A stretch of DNA of 38,440 bases, from the NCBI RefSeq assembly GCF_004010195.1, contig NC_057719.1, forward strand, positions 11,666,737 through 11,705,176, read 5' to 3'. The DNA is from Chiloscyllium plagiosum (taxonomy: Eukaryota). Both the position numbers and the translations under genes were made by a program. The notes beneath the pieces are model-generated. The model saw only the letters and a program-made list of their open reading frames with translations. It was not told where the DNA came from and made no database searches. Shown piece after piece: positions 33,640 to 38,440 of the stretch (positions within the stretch are counted from its first letter, which is position 1; each line of letters starts with the position of its first letter).

Positions 33640-33733
33640 ATCAAGTTTAGAGTGGTGCTGGAAAAGCACAGCAGGTCTGGCAGCATCAGAGGAGCAGGAA
33701 AATCGGTCTTTCGGGCAAAAGCCCTTCAGGAAT
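33640..33733 (-). mobile_element. PLE family A single arm
   Basis: GTGGTGCTGGAAAAGCACAGCAGGTCTGGCAGCATC..TTTCGGGCAAAAGCCCTTCAGGAAT. Confidence 0.75.
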
Positions 33734-33779
33734 GACCAGGATTCTTGGTCAGCCATGTGATGACAAGAAACTAACCATA

Positions 33780-34316
33780 GTTCCAGGATGTTGCTGGGAT
33801 TTGAGGGTTTGAATTACAAGGAAAGACTAGATAAGTTGGGTCTTTTTTCCCTGGAGCATAGGAGGTTGAAAGGTGACCGTAGAGGTTTATAAATTCTTGG
33901 GGCATAGATAAAGTGGATAGCAAGCCCTTTTTCCCCGAGGGGAGAGTTGGTATATCTTTTTAAAGGTGCGAGGAGAAAGATTTTAAAAAGACGGGCAAAT
34001 TTCATGCATGTGGTTTGGAGGGATATGGGCCGGGTGCTGGCAGGTGGGTCTAGATTGGGTTGGGATATCTGGTTAGCATGGATGGGTCGGACCATGCTGT
34101 GCATCTCTATGACTCTATGTGGACTGAACTGCCTGAGGAAGTGGTAGATGCAGGTACAGTTACGATATTTAAAAGTCACTTGAACAGGTACATGAAAGGT
34201 TTAGAGGGATATGGGCCCAACACAGGCAAGTGCGACTAGTTTGCTTTGGGAAACTTGGTTGGCATGGAAGAGTTGGACTGAACGGTCTGTTTGTGTGCTG
34301 TATGACTGATTCTATA
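33780..34316 (+). mobile_element. CR1 3' portion with a second CR1 3' end nested at ~34010-34119
   Basis: LDKLGLFSLEHRRLKGD motif and two tails (CTCTATGACTCTATG at ~34105-34119, TATGACTGATTCTAT at ~34300-34315). Confidence 0.85.
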
Positions 34317-35169
34317 AATATGTGACTTAATCTTATTGTACTTGAATGAGTGTGATATACTGCTGTGTCCTTGGAAGAATTGTTTAAGGGTCAACAATTG
34401 TTGACATGTTTGCAGGATCCTCTCAAGACTATTGCAGACAAATAAAGACAGTTTGGCTTTAATGAACAATAAATATGCTCTTGTCAGCAATGTACACTTC
34501 CTATGCATGAATAAAAAAAACTAAAAATGTTGGATTGATTTTAAATTCATTTGTACAAGATTTACTGCTGTCTTTTAAACAAAGATGTTTGCAAATGCTC
34601 AGATTTGGGATTTCCTCCTAAATTGTATTAAATGCTAATTACAGGATATGACCTTCCAAACAACTACTTTGAAATGTTTGCGTATAAATTTCCCAAATCT
34701 GGCATTCTGATTTTTACTTTGAATTGCTTCAGTTGAATTTAGTTTGGTTAAACCAAAGCCTGGAGTTTCCTTCTCTTAGGTAATATATTTCTAGAGTTGA
34801 AATGACTAACCTGCAATGACCAAACAGTCATAAGTTTTTTTTTCTTTTTAAGGTGAAAGCAAGTTTATTTTCCTGGTATCAAAATTGGAGTTATGTTTTG
34901 AAAACTGCAACTTTAGAAAACATTATCTCCCATTAGAATCAATATTAAAACTGGAGTTGGGTTCTGTTGGGCCAGGGTAGGAGTAGAAGTATGGGCTGCA
35001 CATCAACTAATTGGACTAAAGGTAAGCCATGCTAAATGCAAAATCGCAGACAGATCTGTAGCAGTGGCTGCAGTATGTTCTTCCCCCGCATGATGAGCAT
35101 GTATGTGCCAAGAGGCACTTTTACTACTGAATCCAAAATGTTTTACTAGATCACTCTTAATATTTAAAG

Positions 35170-35475
35170 ATGACATCCCCAGAGTGCGGGAGTCCAAAAC
35201 TAGAGGCCGTGAGGTTGAGAGAGAGGAAAGATTTGTGATTGAAACGGCAACCTTTTCAAACAATGGGTGGAGCATGTGTGCAATGAGCTGCCAGAGGAGC
35301 TGGTGGAGGCTGATACAATTACAGCATTTAAAAGGCATCTGGATGGGTGCATGAATAGGAAGGATTTGAGTGATATGGACTAAATGCTGGTAAATGGGGC
35401 TGGATTAGTTGAGAATATCTGGTTGTCATGGATGAGTTGGACTGAAAGGTGTGTTTCCATGCTGTATCTCTGATA
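35170..35475 (+). mobile_element. CR1 3' end
   Basis: ESKTRG motif, GAGCTGCCAGAGGA..GCATTTAAAAGGCATCTGGATGGG and the 3' UTR. Confidence 0.85.
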
Positions 35476-35759
35476 CCACTGAACGTGGCAGTACAGATAG
35501 TTAAGGTAGTTTTAAGAAAAGGCCTTGAGTGTAAGGAGATAGGTAAGTTATCAAGGCCCCTTCCAATGAAGGCAAACATGCAATGGGTCTTTTTTTTTTT
35601 AACTACCTTAACTACCTGTGCAGCCACCTTCAGTGGCATCATAGAGCATGGAAGCAGACATGGAATATTGTGTATAGTTCTGGTCACCACACTACCAGTA
35701 TGATGTGGTTGGTTTGGAGATGATACAGAAGAGATTCTGGGTAATCCAAGATGGAGGAC

Positions 35760-37858
35760 GGGAAAAATGTTTGGCTGTAAGAGCTGCTCCTTTGAGGCAT
35801 TTTAGGTGTTGGAGGTGATTTCCTCGAACTTCAGGAGCAGCAATTACTGTTTTATATGCTGTTTCATTGTTTCGGAGCTTTGGCAAAAAAAAGTCAAGAC
35901 AACAGCAGTTTTAAAAGGGAGAAGAGCAGACAAAGGAAGCACATGGTGAGGACTGTGCAGGAGAGAGAGAGAAAACCTGCGCAGTTTCCACCTTTGCTGT
36001 TTGATTTCGTGTATCACTGGACATCGGAATGCATCTGGGAAAATGAACCAAGTGAAATTCACTACTAATCTTGGAGGAACTGTTGGGCAAGTTCACAGCA
36101 CAGAATCAGATAAGTTAATTGTTGTTTTAAGTCTGTCCAAGAGAGAGGCTGCAGTAGTGAGTATAGTGGATTCTTTCTTGATTATATGTTTTTGGAGATC
36201 ATTCTCTTGATTAAATTTAAAATATAAGCCATAGCTGTTAATTTAACCTGGGGCAGTGTTTGTAGAGGAATAAGACGGTGTTATTTTCTGGGTCTGTAGA
36301 TTGTGAAAGAGCAAAAATGGCCTTTGCAGTGATATGTGCTTCTTGTCAGATGTGGGAGTTTAAAGAGTTTAAGGATTAATGCAGATTAACACTGCCATAA
36401 ATGCTGTTGGATGCGAATCTTATCAGATCGAGTGGATCGGTTGGAGAGACAGATAGAAGCGATGAGGAATTTGCAACAGCAACAGTATGTGATGGATGGC
36501 TGTTATAGGAAGGGGGGATAGTCTCCGATATAGTCACATAGATGGGTTAACTCCAGGAAGGATAAGAGAGGTAGGCAGCTAGTGCAGGAGTCTTTTGTGG
36601 ATATACCCATTTCAAACAGGTATGCTGTTTTGGAAAATGTAGGGGGTGATGGATTCTCAGGGGAACATAGCACAAAAAGCCAAGTTTCAGGTATTGCGAC
36701 TGGCTCTAATGCAACGAAGGATATGCCAGCTTCCAAGAGATCAGTTGTGTTAGAGGATTCTGTAGTCAGAGGTACAGACAGACGTTTCTGTAGCCAGCAG
36801 AAAAAAAGCAGAATGGCGTGTTGTTTCCTGATGCCAGGATCAAGGATGTCTCAGAGAGGGTGCAGAATGTTCTCACGGGGGAGAGGGGCCAGCAGGAGGT
36901 CATTGTCCACATTGGAACCAACGACATTGGAAAGGAAAAGGTTGAGACTCTGAAGGGAGATTAGAGTTAAGCAGAAATTTAAAAAGGAGGTCCTCAAGGG
37001 TAGTAATATCTGGATTACTCCAGTGCTACGAGCTAGTGAGGGCAGGAATAGGAGGATAGAGCAGATGAATGCATGGCTGAGGAGCTGGTGTATGGAGAAG
37101 GATTCACACTTTTGGACCATTAGAATCTCTTTTGGGGTAGAAGTGATCTGTACAAGAAGGATGGATTGCACGTAAATTGGAAGGGGACTAAAATACTGGC
37201 AGGGAAATTTGCTAGAACTGCTTGGGAGGATTTAAGCTAGTAAGCTGGGGGGGTGGTGGGACCCAGGGAGATAGTGAGGAAAGAGATTGATCTGAGATGG
37301 GCACAGCTGAGAACAGAAGTGAGTCAAAACAGTCAGGGCAGGCAGGGACAAGGTTGGACTAATAAATTAAACTACATTTATTTCAATGCAAGGGGCCCAA
37401 CAGGAAAGGCAGATGAACTCAGGGCATGGTTAGGAACATGGGACTGGGATATTATAGCAATTATGGAAACATGGCTCAGGGATGGGCAGGACTAGCAGCT
37501 TAATGTTCCAGGATACAAATGCTACAGGATGGATAGAAAGGAAGGCAAGAGAGGAGGGGGAAGTGGCATTTTTGATAAGGCATAGCATTACAGCTATGCT
37601 GAGGGAGGATATTCCCAGAAATACATCCAGGGAAGTTATTTGGGTGGAAATGAGAAATAAGAAAAGGATGATCACCTTATTGGGATTGTATTATAGACCC
37701 CCCCTCCCCCAATAGTCAGAGGGAAACTGAGAACCAAACTTATAAGGAGATCTCAGCTATCTGTAAGAATAATAGGGTGGTTATGGTAGGGGATTTTAAC
37801 TTTCCAAACATCGACTGGGACTGCCATAGTGTTAAAGGTTTAGATGGAGAGGAATTTC
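35760..37858 (+). mobile_element. CR1 LINE 5' half: 5' UTR, decayed ORF1 (~36317-37240; Cys motif, coiled coil, SGNH esterase) and ORF2 APE start
   Basis: ORF1 pieces MAFAVICASCQMWE, CHKC, RVDRLERQIEAM, VVLEDSVVRGTDRRFC, VIVHIGTNDIG, VVISGLLPV and DGLHVN. ORF2 pieces YFNARG..GKADEL, IIAIMETWL and VGDFNFP. The 5' boundary is approximate. Confidence 0.9.
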
Positions 37859-38440
37859 TTTTTTTTTTAATAGATATTTTTATTAGAAATTTAACATTTT
37901 TACAAGTTTACAAAAATAAACAAAACTCTCAGATATAAACATTGATATACAATTAGCTCAAATATACAATAGCCAAAATTTGACAAAAAAAGAAAAACAA
38001 AACAAAAAAAAACCAAAAAGAAAAAAAAACGAACAAACAAAACTCAACTATCTACTAATCTAACCTACAACTAACCAGGGTGTATATTTAAGTCTCTTAC
38101 ATGCTCGGGATGTGTTAGCATCAGATATAATAAAACCTGTATTCGTGCGGGATTCCTCCCCGAGGGGCCGCGGACCAGCCAGGTTTGTAATCTCAATTAA
38201 ATAAAAGCCCTTGTTAGGATAGCCGAAATATCTGTATTTATGTAATTCAAAAAGGGCTGCCATATTTTATAAAATAATTCGGTCTTTCGGTGCACCATAT
38301 TTGTAAGGAAGTCAAGGGGAATACATTCCATAATTAATCTGTGCCAATTTGAAAGTCCAGGAGGGCCCTCAGCCGCCCAGTTCACCAAAATATTTTTCCT
38401 TGCACAGAAAGAAAGAATAGAAAATAGTCTCTTCCCATAC
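37859..38440 (-). mobile_element. L1-clade LINE 3' end (ORF2 C-terminus, T-rich 3' UTR, poly(A)); continues beyond the window
   Basis: Poly-T at 37859-37868, minus-strand AATAAA at 37879-37884, and minus ORF ending ..NWHRLIMECIPLDFL...FYKIWQPFLNYI..* (stop at 38197), typical of non-mammalian vertebrate L1 ORF2 ends. Confidence 0.8.

Overview
Eukaryotic genomic DNA, most likely from a cartilaginous fish (shark), judged from its repeats: HE1-type V-SINEs, CR1/HER1-type LINEs and Penelope-like elements. The only host gene I can support is the 5' part of SPTLC2 (serine palmitoyltransferase long-chain base subunit 2) on the + strand. It has a CpG-island promoter (~5040-5200), coding exon 1 (5493-5627), a 26,250-bp intron and coding exon 2 (31878-32072); exon 3 was not found in the window. 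Most other ORFs in the track are decayed retroelement fragments or noise. The rest of the window is a nested set of CR1 LINEs, V-SINEs, Deu-type SINEs, an L1-like 3' end, a solo LTR with a 4-bp TSD and several Penelope-like element (PLE) families. The most interesting signal is a set of minimal hammerhead-ribozyme motifs in four different PLE-derived repeat families, with covarying stems. Several of them sit in short (~180-225 bp), ORF-less, palindromic insertions flanked by 12-16 bp target-site duplications. Repeat boundaries are read by eye and approximate unless a TSD or splice site is quoted. Family names come from motif recognition, not from database searches.
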